From a virus (Duplodnaviria > Caudoviricetes), in the IMG/VR virus record IMGVR_UViG_3300048589_001426, positions 1 through 34,824 of that record: DNA of 34,824 bases, one strand, 5' to 3'. The notes under the pieces were generated by a model that saw nothing but the letters and a program-made list of their open reading frames with translations, was not told the DNA's origin and ran no database searches. Shown here piece after piece: positions 13,830 through 23,095 of the stretch (the stretch's first letter is position 1; each line of letters starts with the position of its first letter). The position numbers were made by a program, and so were the translations under genes.

Positions 13830-15422
13830 GTGCTGACGATCTACTACGTGTCGCTTGGTGGCTCACTGGAGGAGATGAAGCGGCTCTACCGGGCGCAGGA
13901 GGAGAGGCGGCATCCCGGCAAGATGCTGCCGCACCTGGACGAGCGCATGAACAAGGTGCGGGTGGTACTCGAAAAGAATACCTCCTTTCGCTCGCTGATG
14001 CTGACGGCCGAAGACCGCAGTGTGGTGGTGATCGATGGCCTGAACCACCCCAGGCTCGACATCGACCTCTTCGTCGATCTCTACGAGAAGCGCCGGAAAG
14101 ACGGCCTCTACGTGCGGCTGCTTGATGAAAACCTGCTGCTTGATCCCAAAGAGCAGATGACCAGCTCGTTTCTCACCGGGGTCATGAACACTCATCAGAA
14201 AAAGCTCCGCCCCCGACGGCTGCCGAGCATCGCCGAGGCCCACGGCAAAAGCTTTATCTCCGACATGCAGCGCGAGAGGCGAGAGGGCGCAACGCTGGAG
14301 GCCTTGGCAAAGAAGTACGGCGTGTCGGTGAGTGCCGCCCACCGCTACACGCGCGGCCACCAGCGACCGCTTGCGCGCAAGGTGGAGAGCGACAAGTCCG
14401 AGCCGGCCAAAAGCCTAGCAAGGCTTGGAAACCTCGCAGAGACGCCCGAAGAGAGGCTCGAGCAGCTTCTCGAGATCTTTCTTTCCGGCCAAAGAAAGCC
14501 CGCCACCGCCAAGCTCTACCGCAAGCACCTTGGCACCTATCGCGCCTTTGCCAAGGACGTGCTCGAAAGCCCCGCCGACCGTCTCGACAAGTTCACGCTG
14601 GAAAGCGTCGTGGCCTTCAAGCAGTACCGAGCCGAGCTTGGCAAGCAGCCGGCCACCATCGCCAGCGAGCTGTCGGCCGTCAAAGCCTTCATGCAGTTTT
14701 GCGCTGGCGAAGAGGAGATCCCGAAAAACCCGCTTCAAAGGCTCAAGGTTCCAAAGATCGACAGAAAGGTCCAGACCGAGGCGCTCACCCGAGACGAAAC
14801 CGCCAAGGTCATCGCCACGGCCCAGGAGATCTTGAAGTCGACGCCGCCTTTGAACATCCCCCAGCGCTGGAAGGCCCACCGCGACCTCTTGGCCGTCTAC
14901 CTCTTGGCCGGCGTCGGCATGCGCCACAGCGGGCTTCTTTCGCTTAGAAAGTGCGACCTCGTCGAGACACGCCGCGGCAAAAGCCTCGCCATTGAAAGCA
15001 AGGCCAACGCCGATCGCTACACTGTCGGCGTCTCAAAGCCAGTCGCCGACATGGTCGAGGCCTATATCGAGCGCTACTTTCACGACGCCCCTCCCGAGGC
15101 CTACCTTTTCTCGGCCTCTCTCGAGGTCAAGGACAAGCCGCTAGGCATTTCGACCAGCTGTCGCCGCATTAGTGTCCTTTTCGACAAGGCCGGCATCACC
15201 CCGCTTGCTGCCGGGGGAAGCCAAAGAAGAGCCCACAGTCTCAGAGTCTCGTGGGCCAAGTTTGCCTACGAAGACGGCGCCGATATCCGTAGTATCCAGC
15301 TCAAAATGAATCACAGCGCCGTCGACCAGACCTACGCCTATCTAAAAATCGACGACGCCGAGGTCGACACCAGGTGGCTGCCGACTGTCCGTCTGCAAAC
15401 CTCCACCGGAGTGAGGCTTTGA
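13830..15422 (+). CDS. Tyrosine recombinase with an N-terminal degenerate resolvase-like region and HTH (530 aa)
   Basis: GTG 13830 after AAGGAG. Catalytic set R (GMRHS), K (ESKAN), HSLR, NHS and TYAY. Core-binding region PATIASELSAVKAF..F...NPL. N-terminal HTH TLEALAKKYGVSVSAAHRY. Confidence 0.85.
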   Translation: MLTIYYVSLGGSLEEMKRLYRAQEERRHPGKMLPHLDERMNKVRVVLEKNTSFRSLMLTAEDRSVVVIDGLNHPRLDIDLFVDLYEKRRKDGLYVRLLDENLLLDPKEQMTSSFLTGVMNTHQKKLRPRRLPSIAEAHGKSFISDMQRERREGATLEALAKKYGVSVSAAHRYTRGHQRPLARKVESDKSEPAKSLARLGNLAETPEERLEQLLEIFLSGQRKPATAKLYRKHLGTYRAFAKDVLESPADRLDKFTLESVVAFKQYRAELGKQPATIASELSAVKAFMQFCAGEEEIPKNPLQRLKVPKIDRKVQTEALTRDETAKVIATAQEILKSTPPLNIPQRWKAHRDLLAVYLLAGVGMRHSGLLSLRKCDLVETRRGKSLAIESKANADRYTVGVSKPVADMVEAYIERYFHDAPPEAYLFSASLEVKDKPLGISTSCRRISVLFDKAGITPLAAGGSQRRAHSLRVSWAKFAYEDGADIRSIQLKMNHSAVDQTYAYLKIDDAEVDTRWLPTVRLQTSTGVRL

Positions 15423-15715
15423 GGGAAGAACACAAAGGAGGAGCCCTCGAGGTCGAGCAGGTGCGGCTCACCAAGGTGAGAGCCGACAAGCTCGAGCTGG
15501 AGCTGCTCGAGAAAGAGCGCCAGCTCGTGCCAGTCGACGAGGTGAAAAAGCTCTGGAAGGCGGCCGTCATGGCAGCCAAGGCGAGGCTTCTTGCGATCCC
15601 AGCGTCGCTGGCGCCCACCCTGGCTCTCCTTGGTGAGCCAGCCGAGGTCGAAGAGGTGCTCACTCGGGCCATCGACGACGCCTTGGCCGAGCTTTCCAGG
15701 GGAGAGGTCATTTGA
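15419..15715 (+). CDS. Terminase small subunit, Nu1-like C-terminal region only
   Basis: RLTKVRADKLELE..E..RQLVPVDEV...ARLLAIP...AIDDALAELS. TTGA overlaps with both neighbouring genes. Confidence 0.75.
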   Translation: MREEHKGGALEVEQVRLTKVRADKLELELLEKERQLVPVDEVKKLWKAAVMAAKARLLAIPASLAPTLALLGEPAEVEEVLTRAIDDALAELSRGEVI

Positions 15716-17556
15716 GGGCAAAAGGGGAGCTGCTCGAAGTCTTTCGCGAAGCCTTTGCCCCGCCGCCTCGGCTTTCCATCTCGGATTGGGCCGAGCGCTA
15801 CCGTGTCCTTTCAGGCGAGGCCTCGGCCTCGCCAGGCCGCTGGCGCACCGACGCTGTGCCTTATCTTCGAGGCATCATGGAGGCCGTCAAGGCACCAGAG
15901 GTCAAAGAGGTCATCGTCAAGGCTGCAGCCCAGGTCGGAAAGACCGAGTTTCTTCTCAACTGCATCGGCTACTACACCCACCAGGAGCCAAGCCCCCAGC
16001 TGGTGCTTCTGCCGACCCTCGAGCTAGCCGAGATCTGGAGCAAAGACCGCCTGGCCACCATGATTCGCGACGCAAAGGTCCTTGCCAAGATCGTCGAAGA
16101 CCCCAAGGCCAAGGACTCCTCCAACACCATGCTGCACAAGCGCTTTGCCGGCGGTCACATCTCGCTGGCTGGCGCCAACTCGCCAGCCTCGCTCTCCTCT
16201 AGGCCGATTCGCATCGTCTACGCCGACGAGGTCGACCGGATGCCGGATTCAGCCGGCTCGGAGGGAAGCCCGCTCGATCTGGCGCGAAAGAGGTCGTCGA
16301 CCTTCTACAACCGAAAATTTATCGCTACCAGCTCGCCCTCGCGGGAGCGCCGGACCTCCAAGATCAACCGCCTCTACGAGGCCTCCAGACGGCACGTCTT
16401 CGAGCTGCCCTGTCCCCACTGCCGAGCCTTTATCGTCCTTGAATGGGAGGGGGTGGTCTGGGAGGAGGCCAGGACTGAGACAGCCTTCTACCGCTGCCAG
16501 GAGTGTGCGGGGGCGATCTACGACGGCCACAAATTGACAGCCCTCAAGGCCGGTCGCTGGCGCTGCCTTGATCCCGAGAGGCGGGGGGCAAGTGTCGGCT
16601 TTCACATCTCGGCCCTCTACTCGCCGTGGGTCTCCTTTGGCGAGACGGCTGACGAGTACATGGCAGCCCAGCGCGACACCGAGAAAATGAAGGTCTTCTA
16701 CAACACCTTTCTCGGCGAGCCCTACGAGGACGAGGTCGACACGGTGGCCTCGAGTCTGCTTTCCACGAGAGCCGAAAACTACGAGGCCGAGGTGCCAGCC
16801 GGTGTCAGGGTGCTTTGTCTTGGAGTCGACGTCCAAGACGACCGCCTTGAGGCCCACGTCATCGGCTACGGCGAGGACTGGGAGGCCTGGGTGATCGGCT
16901 ACTATGTCTTTTGGGGGGACGTCGCCACAGAGGCGCCGTGGGCAGAGCTCGACGAGCTTCGCTCGCGAGAGTTTCGCCACGAGTGGGGCTTTCCCGTCCG
17001 GGTCGTGGCAACCGCCGTCGACGCGGGCGACAACACCAAGATCGTCTACGACTACGTGCGCGGCAAGACCGGCCAGAGGGTCTTTGCCGTAAAAGGCGTG
17101 CGCGGCACGGGAAGGCCAGTCGTCGGTGCGCCGACCAGACGCAAAAGCCCCTCGGACGGGCGCGAGGTGGTGCTTTATCCGCTTGGCGTCGACGAGGGGA
17201 AGACGCTTCTCTACCAGAGGCTCAAGCTTTCAGATCCTGGCCCCGGCTACATACATTTCCCCATGGCGCTTTCCGGCGATTACTATAAACAGCTTACCTC
17301 AGAACGCGTGAAGATCACTTACCAAAATGGCCACCCCGTCAAGGTGTGGGAGCTGCCGCGGCACCGTCGCAACGAAGCTCTCGACACGGCCGTCTACGCG
17401 CACGCGGCCGCCGTCATCCTCAACCCGCTTTTTCGCGAGATCACCCAGAGGATGGAGCGCCTTCGAGACAGCCACGGCAAGGCGAGCGAGAAAAAAAAGG
17501 TCCTCCTCAAGAAGCGGCCAAGTGGCGTCGGCTTTGTGAACGCCTGGAGAAACTAG
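15712..17556 (+). CDS. Terminase large subunit, lambda gpA family
   Basis: Walker A AAQVGKTE, Walker B YADEVDR, CPHC/CQEC, GFHISALYSPW, GVDVQDDR and RNEALD. Confidence 0.96.
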   Translation: MRAKGELLEVFREAFAPPPRLSISDWAERYRVLSGEASASPGRWRTDAVPYLRGIMEAVKAPEVKEVIVKAAAQVGKTEFLLNCIGYYTHQEPSPQLVLLPTLELAEIWSKDRLATMIRDAKVLAKIVEDPKAKDSSNTMLHKRFAGGHISLAGANSPASLSSRPIRIVYADEVDRMPDSAGSEGSPLDLARKRSSTFYNRKFIATSSPSRERRTSKINRLYEASRRHVFELPCPHCRAFIVLEWEGVVWEEARTETAFYRCQECAGAIYDGHKLTALKAGRWRCLDPERRGASVGFHISALYSPWVSFGETADEYMAAQRDTEKMKVFYNTFLGEPYEDEVDTVASSLLSTRAENYEAEVPAGVRVLCLGVDVQDDRLEAHVIGYGEDWEAWVIGYYVFWGDVATEAPWAELDELRSREFRHEWGFPVRVVATAVDAGDNTKIVYDYVRGKTGQRVFAVKGVRGTGRPVVGAPTRRKSPSDGREVVLYPLGVDEGKTLLYQRLKLSDPGPGYIHFPMALSGDYYKQLTSERVKITYQNGHPVKVWELPRHRRNEALDTAVYAHAAAVILNPLFREITQRMERLRDSHGKASEKKKVLLKKRPSGVGFVNAWRN

Positions 17557-17813
17557 TGGAAGAGGTCAAAGTGGCGCTCGAGCGCGCAAGGTCGATTTCG
17601 GCTGCCATCGACGCTACGATTGCAGGCCGCGTCGGCAGCGACATCTCCTCCTTTGAGATCGAGACCAACCTCGGAAAGCGCCGGCTCGACAAAATCCCGC
17701 TCAAAGAGCTGCTTCAGGCAAAAGACTACTACCAAAAAGAGATTGCTCGCCTTGAGGCACGGCTTAGACGCGGAGACCTGCCGTCTGCCCGCCAAGTCCT
17801 CGTGAGGTTTTAA
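17556..17813 (+). CDS. Head completion protein (lambda gpW position)
   Basis: GTG overlapping the terminase stop. 85 aa between terminase and portal, ending in VRF. Confidence 0.65.
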   Translation: MEEVKVALERARSISAAIDATIAGRVGSDISSFEIETNLGKRRLDKIPLKELLQAKDYYQKEIARLEARLRRGDLPSARQVLVRF

Positions 17814-17819
17814 AGACGC

Positions 17820-19295
17820 GTGGGCTGGTTTGCCAGAGTCTTTCTCGGGCGCAAAGACAAGGTTCAAAAAAGGGTTTTTGACGCTGCCAAGACCTCCCGG
17901 CTGCAGGCAGCTGGCTGGGGGGCTGACACCCCCTACGACAAAGACATCCTCGCCTCGCTGTCTCGTCTTCGGGGTCGCTCGCGCGATCTGGCGCAAAACA
18001 ACGACTACGTGAAGCGCTTTCTGGCGCTCCTCAACACGCACGTGGTCGGCCCCAAGGGCATTCAGCTTAGGTGCTCGTTTAAGGTGCAGGGCGAAATCGA
18101 CCACCAGGTGAACGACGAGATCGAGGAGCAGTTTCGCCGCTGGGGGAAAAAGGGCAGTTGCGACGTTACCGGGAGGCTTTCCTGGCGGGATGTTCAGCGG
18201 CTTGTGCTCCAGGGGGTGGCGCGCGACGGCGAGGCTTTCCTTCGCTTTGTCTACGGCGAGCGCTACCCCTACGGTCTGGCGCTGCAGGTGATCGACCCGG
18301 CCCTGCTTGACGAAAAGCTCTCAGACAGCAAGGGCGAGAGGCTCATCTCGATGGGAGTCGAGCTCGACGAGTGGGGAAAGCCGACTGCCTACTACTTCAA
18401 GTCAGGTCGCGACACGGGCGAGGTGGTGGCAGGCCGGCACTACCGGCGCATCCCGGCCGGCGAGATCCTGCACGTTTTCATGCAGGACATGCCGCAACAA
18501 ACCCGCGGCGTGCCGTGGATTCACACGGCCATGAGTCGCCTCAAGATGCTCGGTGGCTACGAGGAGGCCGAGCTGGTCGCAGCCCGGGTGGCAAGCACCA
18601 AGATGGGCTTTTTCAAGCAGACCGGCGGCGCGGGCTATGTCGGCGACGACCTCAAGCCCGACGAAGAGGGAAACGTCATCCAGAAGGCCGAGCCGGGAGC
18701 CTTCGAGCTTCTGCCGGAAGGGGTCGAGTTTGAGCCCTGGAACCCCGAGCACCCGGCCGGAAACTTCGGCCCCTTCGTGAAGGCCTGTTTGCGCGGCATC
18801 TCGGCAGGCCTCGGCATCTCCTACAACTCGCTTGCCAACGACGTCGAGAGCGTCAGCTACTCGTCTCTCCGATCGAGTCTTCTCGAAGAGCGTGACCACT
18901 ACGTGTGCCTGCAAAACTGGCTGGTTGAGAACCTGTGCGAGGCCGTCTACGCGAAGTGGTTGACGGGAGCGGTGCTTTCCAAGAAATTCACGAAAATCAC
19001 AACGGTCAACATGGACCGCTTTGACTCGCCGCAGTGGGTCGCCAGGCGCTGGGCCTGGGTCGACCCGCTCAAAGACACCAAGGCCAACATCCTGGCGCTC
19101 GAGGCCGGGCTCAAATCGCGCACAGAGATCATCTCCGAGCAGGGGAGGTCACTGGACGACGTCTTTTCAGAAATCGTAGCCGAGAAGGCCAAGGCCGAAA
19201 AATTCGGTCTGAGCTTTGGAGAGGGCAGTGAAGAAGATAGCGGAGACGAGGGTGAGGCAGAGGCTACTGAGTCAGACGAGCAGTATCTCTCATAG
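17820..19295 (+). CDS. Portal protein, lambda family
   Basis: LRGRSRDLAQNNDY, DGEAF, GVELDEWGKPTAY, QTRGVPW and WVDPLKD. Confidence 0.95.
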   Translation: MGWFARVFLGRKDKVQKRVFDAAKTSRLQAAGWGADTPYDKDILASLSRLRGRSRDLAQNNDYVKRFLALLNTHVVGPKGIQLRCSFKVQGEIDHQVNDEIEEQFRRWGKKGSCDVTGRLSWRDVQRLVLQGVARDGEAFLRFVYGERYPYGLALQVIDPALLDEKLSDSKGERLISMGVELDEWGKPTAYYFKSGRDTGEVVAGRHYRRIPAGEILHVFMQDMPQQTRGVPWIHTAMSRLKMLGGYEEAELVAARVASTKMGFFKQTGGAGYVGDDLKPDEEGNVIQKAEPGAFELLPEGVEFEPWNPEHPAGNFGPFVKACLRGISAGLGISYNSLANDVESVSYSSLRSSLLEERDHYVCLQNWLVENLCEAVYAKWLTGAVLSKKFTKITTVNMDRFDSPQWVARRWAWVDPLKDTKANILALEAGLKSRTEIISEQGRSLDDVFSEIVAEKAKAEKFGLSFGEGSEEDSGDEGEAEATESDEQYLS

Positions 19296-21135
19296 GCTCT
19301 CTGACCTTGCCTCGGGCGAGATCAACGACGAGGCCCGCACGGTCGTTTTGACGTTTTCCTCGGAAGCCCCCGTCGACCGGTGGTTTGGAAGAGAGGTTCT
19401 CGACCACGGGGCGCGGGCCGTGCGCCTTGCGAGGATCAACCGCGGCGGAGCTTTTCTCTTAAACCACGACCGTAATCAGCAGATCGGAGTCGTGCTGGAG
19501 GCCACCGTCGAGGGCCGGCGCGGCAAGGCGCTTGTGAAATTTTCCAGAAACCAGCTCGGCGAGGAAGCCTTCCAGGACGTCAAAGACGGCATCAAAAGTA
19601 ACGTGTCGGTCTCCTACCGCTACCACGAGCTAAAGCTCGAGGAGCAAAAAAGCGAGGGACCTGACACCTACCGCGTCACCGACTGGGAGCCGCTCGAGAT
19701 CTCGCTCGAGGCCGTGCCGGCCGACCCGACAGTCGGAGTCGGCCGGGGCAGTCACTTTGAAGACATCAACCAGCTGGGCGGCCCCCAAGAGGAGAGCGCC
19801 GCAGAGCCAAAGAGGGAGGACGTTGCAGTGGTGGTGGCAGCAGGCGCCGAAGACGAACGCAAGCGGGCGCTCGAGATCATCTCGCTTGGAGACAGGTTTC
19901 AAAAACAAGATCTGGCGCGCGCGGCCCTGATGGAAGGCCTGTCGGTCGACGAGTTTTCGCGAAAGCTCCTCTTGGCAATGGAGTCACGCCCTGAGCTGCC
20001 GGCGGCAGCCCCCACCTCGGCGCGCGAGAACATCGGTCTCAGCCGCGACGAGACCAAGCGGTTTTCTTTTCTGAAAGCCATGCGCGCTGCCCTCAACAAC
20101 GACTGGCGGGGGGCCGAGTTTGAGCGCGAGGTGAGCGAGGCCGCAGCGGCGAAGTTTAAGCGCGAGACCAGCGGCTTTCTTGTGCCCTCGGACGTGATGT
20201 TTGCCTCGCGCTTTGAGACGACGACAGCCCCGGGGTCTGCCGGCTCGCTGGTTGCCACCAATATCCCGCCAGGCAGCTTTATCGAGGCGCTTCGGGCACG
20301 GCTTGTGATCCGCCAGCTCGGAGCCAAGATCCTCTCGGGCCTTGAAGGTAACGTGACGCTGCCGCGGATGGCTGGCGGCGCCAAGGCCTTTTGGGTGGCA
20401 GAGACCAAGGACGTCGAGGAGCAGCCCTTTAAGACCGACCAGGTGCCGCTTTCGCCCAAGTCGGTTGGTGCCTTCACCGATATTTCCCGGCGGCTCATCC
20501 TCCAAAGCTCCATCGACGTCGAGGAGGTCGTCAGAGAAGACCTCGCCACGGCCGTGGCAAGCGCCATCGACCTGGCAGCCATCGCCGGCAGCGGCAAGGA
20601 CAACCAGCCCCGGGGCATTCTCTCGACCGAGGGGGTGGCCAATGTGCCGCTCACCGATTTTGACTTTAACGCCGTCGTTATGCTCGAGACGGCGATTGCC
20701 AAGGCCAACGCCAATTTCGGCTCGCTCGCCTATCTCACAAACCCCAGGGTCTCGGGCATGCTGAAAACCACGCTCGTCAACGAGAACAGCAGCACCTTTA
20801 TCTGGGGAAGCGGGTCTAATGGGCGTGGCATCGTCAACGGCTACCCGGCCGAGGTCTCGACCATCGTCCCCGACAACTTGAACAGCGACAAGAGCGCCAT
20901 GATCTTTGGCAACTGGGCCGATCTCGTGATCGGCGAGTGGGGGGTGCTCGACGTCCAGGTGAACCCCTATCTCAAGGGCACCTCGGGGACAGTGCGTATC
21001 CGAGTCATTCAAGACGTCGACATCGCCATCCGCCACCCCGAGTCCTTTGCCTTCTACGACACCATCAAGCCACCCCAGGGGCCAGAGCCTGGACCTGGAC
21101 CAGATCGCGCCCGGTCAAAACGAGGCGAGAGTTGA
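19216..21135 (+). CDS. Fused prohead protease and HK97-fold major capsid protein (start 19216 or 19228)
   Basis: N-terminal protease motifs FSSEAPV, LLNHD, VSVSY and WEPLEISL..VPAD..VGVGR. C-terminal capsid motifs GSLVAT, WVAE and MIFGNWADL. Confidence 0.92.
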   Translation: MERAVKKIAETRVRQRLLSQTSSISHRLSDLASGEINDEARTVVLTFSSEAPVDRWFGREVLDHGARAVRLARINRGGAFLLNHDRNQQIGVVLEATVEGRRGKALVKFSRNQLGEEAFQDVKDGIKSNVSVSYRYHELKLEEQKSEGPDTYRVTDWEPLEISLEAVPADPTVGVGRGSHFEDINQLGGPQEESAAEPKREDVAVVVAAGAEDERKRALEIISLGDRFQKQDLARAALMEGLSVDEFSRKLLLAMESRPELPAAAPTSARENIGLSRDETKRFSFLKAMRAALNNDWRGAEFEREVSEAAAAKFKRETSGFLVPSDVMFASRFETTTAPGSAGSLVATNIPPGSFIEALRARLVIRQLGAKILSGLEGNVTLPRMAGGAKAFWVAETKDVEEQPFKTDQVPLSPKSVGAFTDISRRLILQSSIDVEEVVREDLATAVASAIDLAAIAGSGKDNQPRGILSTEGVANVPLTDFDFNAVVMLETAIAKANANFGSLAYLTNPRVSGMLKTTLVNENSSTFIWGSGSNGRGIVNGYPAEVSTIVPDNLNSDKSAMIFGNWADLVIGEWGVLDVQVNPYLKGTSGTVRIRVIQDVDIAIRHPESFAFYDTIKPPQGPEPGPGPDRARSKRGES

Positions 21136-21479
21136 CACCAAAAGATGCCTTCGGCGAGGGGGACATTACCTTTTTTTTTAGAGGAACAGACCTCGTCCAC
21201 CGGGGGGTGTTTCAAACCGGGAAGCTTTCCGGCAGAGAAGTGACAGGCGTCTTTGACGTGAAATTCTTCGACGAGGCCGTCGGCTCGATGCGCGTTTCGG
21301 CCGAGAACAGCCAGTTTCTCGGCCTGACGAGTGATCTTTCGGGGGCCGAGGCTGGGGATGTCTTTGCCGTTGAGGGCAGGCGCTACCGGGTGGCCGCCTG
21401 CCACGACGATCTGACCGGGATGAGTCAGCTTGATCTTGCCGAAGAGCTCGACACCGAGCTTGGAGAGGACTTCGCTTGA
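21132..21479 (+). CDS. Head-tail joining protein
   Basis: TTGA overlap with the capsid stop. GDVFAVEGRRYRV...DLTGMSQLDL, and position after the capsid gene. Confidence 0.7.
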   Translation: MTPKDAFGEGDITFFFRGTDLVHRGVFQTGKLSGREVTGVFDVKFFDEAVGSMRVSAENSQFLGLTSDLSGAEAGDVFAVEGRRYRVAACHDDLTGMSQLDLAEELDTELGEDFA

Positions 21480-21979
21480 GCCTCGAAAAGGAAATCGAAG
21501 GCCTCGCAGAAGCGGTCCAGATGTCTGAGAAGACTCTCGAGGCGGCCATGGCGCGGGCTCTCTCGCGCACGGTGAGGACTTTTGCACGAGAGCTGGCACA
21601 TGAGACGGCAGACGAGGCGAGAGTGCTGCTAAGGCCCGTGCGCCAGAGGATCAAGACCAGAGGCAGAGGGATGAAAGCCACGCTCTCGATGATCACCCAT
21701 GATCTGCCCTTGATCCTGGCAGGAGCCAGGCAAGGCCGGGCGGGGGTTTCGACTCGCCAGGGAAGGTTTGTCGAAGGGGCCTTTGTCGCTCGCAGCCGGC
21801 TCGGACGGCTGGAAAGAAAGGTCTACCGGAGGGGGTCGAGAGCGCGCCATCCGCTTATTGCTCAGAAGGTGGAGCTGCACAGGGCCGCCGCTGCCGCGGC
21901 GCTCCAGGTGGACGTGCGCGAGGTGTTTCTGAGAAACCTCCTGCACGAGGTCAAATACCGCGGAGGCCTACTCGGGTAG
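21476..21979 (+). CDS. Minor tail/neck protein (lambda gpZ-like)
   Basis: Basic protein with AMARALSRT, GAFVA and VYRR...RHPL. Synteny supports the call. Confidence 0.65.
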   Translation: MSLEKEIEGLAEAVQMSEKTLEAAMARALSRTVRTFARELAHETADEARVLLRPVRQRIKTRGRGMKATLSMITHDLPLILAGARQGRAGVSTRQGRFVEGAFVARSRLGRLERKVYRRGSRARHPLIAQKVELHRAAAAAALQVDVREVFLRNLLHEVKYRGGLLG

Positions 21980-21986
21980 AGACGAG

Positions 21987-22442
21987 ATGTTTGGCGAGAT
22001 CTACCAGAAAGTCGGTGACGAGCTTAGGCGGGTTTTTCCGAAAATCCCCGTCTACGATGCCTATCCCGAGACCAAAAAGATCGAGAAGGTGCCTGCCATC
22101 TTTTTTGAGATGACCGACTTTGAGCCCGAGGGCGACCCGATGACAGGCGAGATGGACTTTGAGACGCGCTGGGAGGCTCTGGCCGTCTTGCCGCCCGCCC
22201 GCGGCCGCCAGCAGGTGACAGCTCGCGACGTCGCAGCAAGGATCGCCCTTGCTGTCCATAACCAGACATTTGTCGACTACGCGCGGCAGGCTCGGGTGCT
22301 TCGCTGCGTCGACTCTCGGTTTGACCTTGCCGTCGCAGGCTACGAGGTGTGGTCTTGCGAGTGGGCGCAGCTGGTGCGCCTTGGCGTCAACGACTGGGAC
22401 ACTCTCGCCATGTACCCAGAGGCAGCAGAGGTGCCGCCGTGA
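21987..22442 (+). CDS. Tail terminator/completion protein
   Basis: PAIFFEM..FEP..DP.TGE and YEVWSCEWAQLVRLG. Synteny supports the call. Confidence 0.6.
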   Translation: MFGEIYQKVGDELRRVFPKIPVYDAYPETKKIEKVPAIFFEMTDFEPEGDPMTGEMDFETRWEALAVLPPARGRQQVTARDVAARIALAVHNQTFVDYARQARVLRCVDSRFDLAVAGYEVWSCEWAQLVRLGVNDWDTLAMYPEAAEVPP

Positions 22443-23095
22443 CCAAAAGAAAGCGCGTGGTGCTTGATTTCACCGAAGAGGCCACCAGGCTCGGCTACCT
22501 GCCGTTTACGGCCTTTGACCCCTTCTCCAAGATGGCTTTTGACGGCTACGTCGGCGATTGGGCCTGGCCGCTGCTTGAAAAAAAGCTCAAAGAGCCCGCT
22601 AAGGCCTCCCCCCTTTGGACCGTCCAGTTTTGCTCGGCCATCCTCAAGCTTGGCCTTGACGTCTGCAGCGGCCAAGACGACCTCTACGAGTTTGTCACAA
22701 GAAGCGAGGCCTTCAAGGCCGCCGCCAAAGCTCGAAGGAGCTGGCAGTTTTGGACCTGGAGGCATTTTGACAAGCTAAGGGCCAAGCTTTTGGACCTGCC
22801 ACCTGAGATTCGCGAGAGGTCGCTCAAGAAGTGCTCCGACTTCGAGCACGGCTTTCGCGGAAAGCACAAGATTCCAAAGCCCAAGAAGCCGCCGCCGCCG
22901 CCGAAGGAAAAGCCCGCTAAGGCAGCGCCCAAGCCAGCGCCCAAGCCGGCAGCCAAACCGGCGCCAAAGCCTGCGCCTCCCCCGGCAAAGCCGCGTCAGG
23001 GGGCTAGCAGAGCACCGGTGGTCGTCGTGCGAAGAAGCACAGCCCCCGCTCCCGTCATCGTGCGCAAGACAAGGCTCACGGAGGACAAGCTGTGA
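22439..23095 (+). CDS. Hypothetical protein with a Pro/Lys/Ala-rich basic tail
   Basis: GTGA overlaps at both ends. C-terminus KPKKPPPPPKEKPAKAAPKPAPKPAAKPAPKPAPPPAKP. Confidence 0.7.
   Translation: MTKRKRVVLDFTEEATRLGYLPFTAFDPFSKMAFDGYVGDWAWPLLEKKLKEPAKASPLWTVQFCSAILKLGLDVCSGQDDLYEFVTRSEAFKAAAKARRSWQFWTWRHFDKLRAKLLDLPPEIRERSLKKCSDFEHGFRGKHKIPKPKKPPPPPKEKPAKAAPKPAPKPAAKPAPKPAPPPAKPRQGASRAPVVVVRRSTAPAPVIVRKTRLTEDKL

Noticed and set aside
13830-15422. Protelomerase of a linear plasmid prophage
   Set aside because: The motifs are those of a Xer/Int-type enzyme (HxxR, H, Y), and I found no long perfect telomere palindrome nearby.
15408-15425. RF2-like +1 frameshift (CTT TGA) fusing the recombinase to the small terminase
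   Set aside because: The terminase is in the -1 frame, not +1, and there is no -1 slippery heptamer. A simple TTGA start/stop overlap explains it.
19984-21036. Long antisense ORFs (also 5224-5940, 6520-7374, 8638-9528, 27393-28511)
   Set aside because: They lie opposite well-supported genes and are expected in GC-rich coding DNA.
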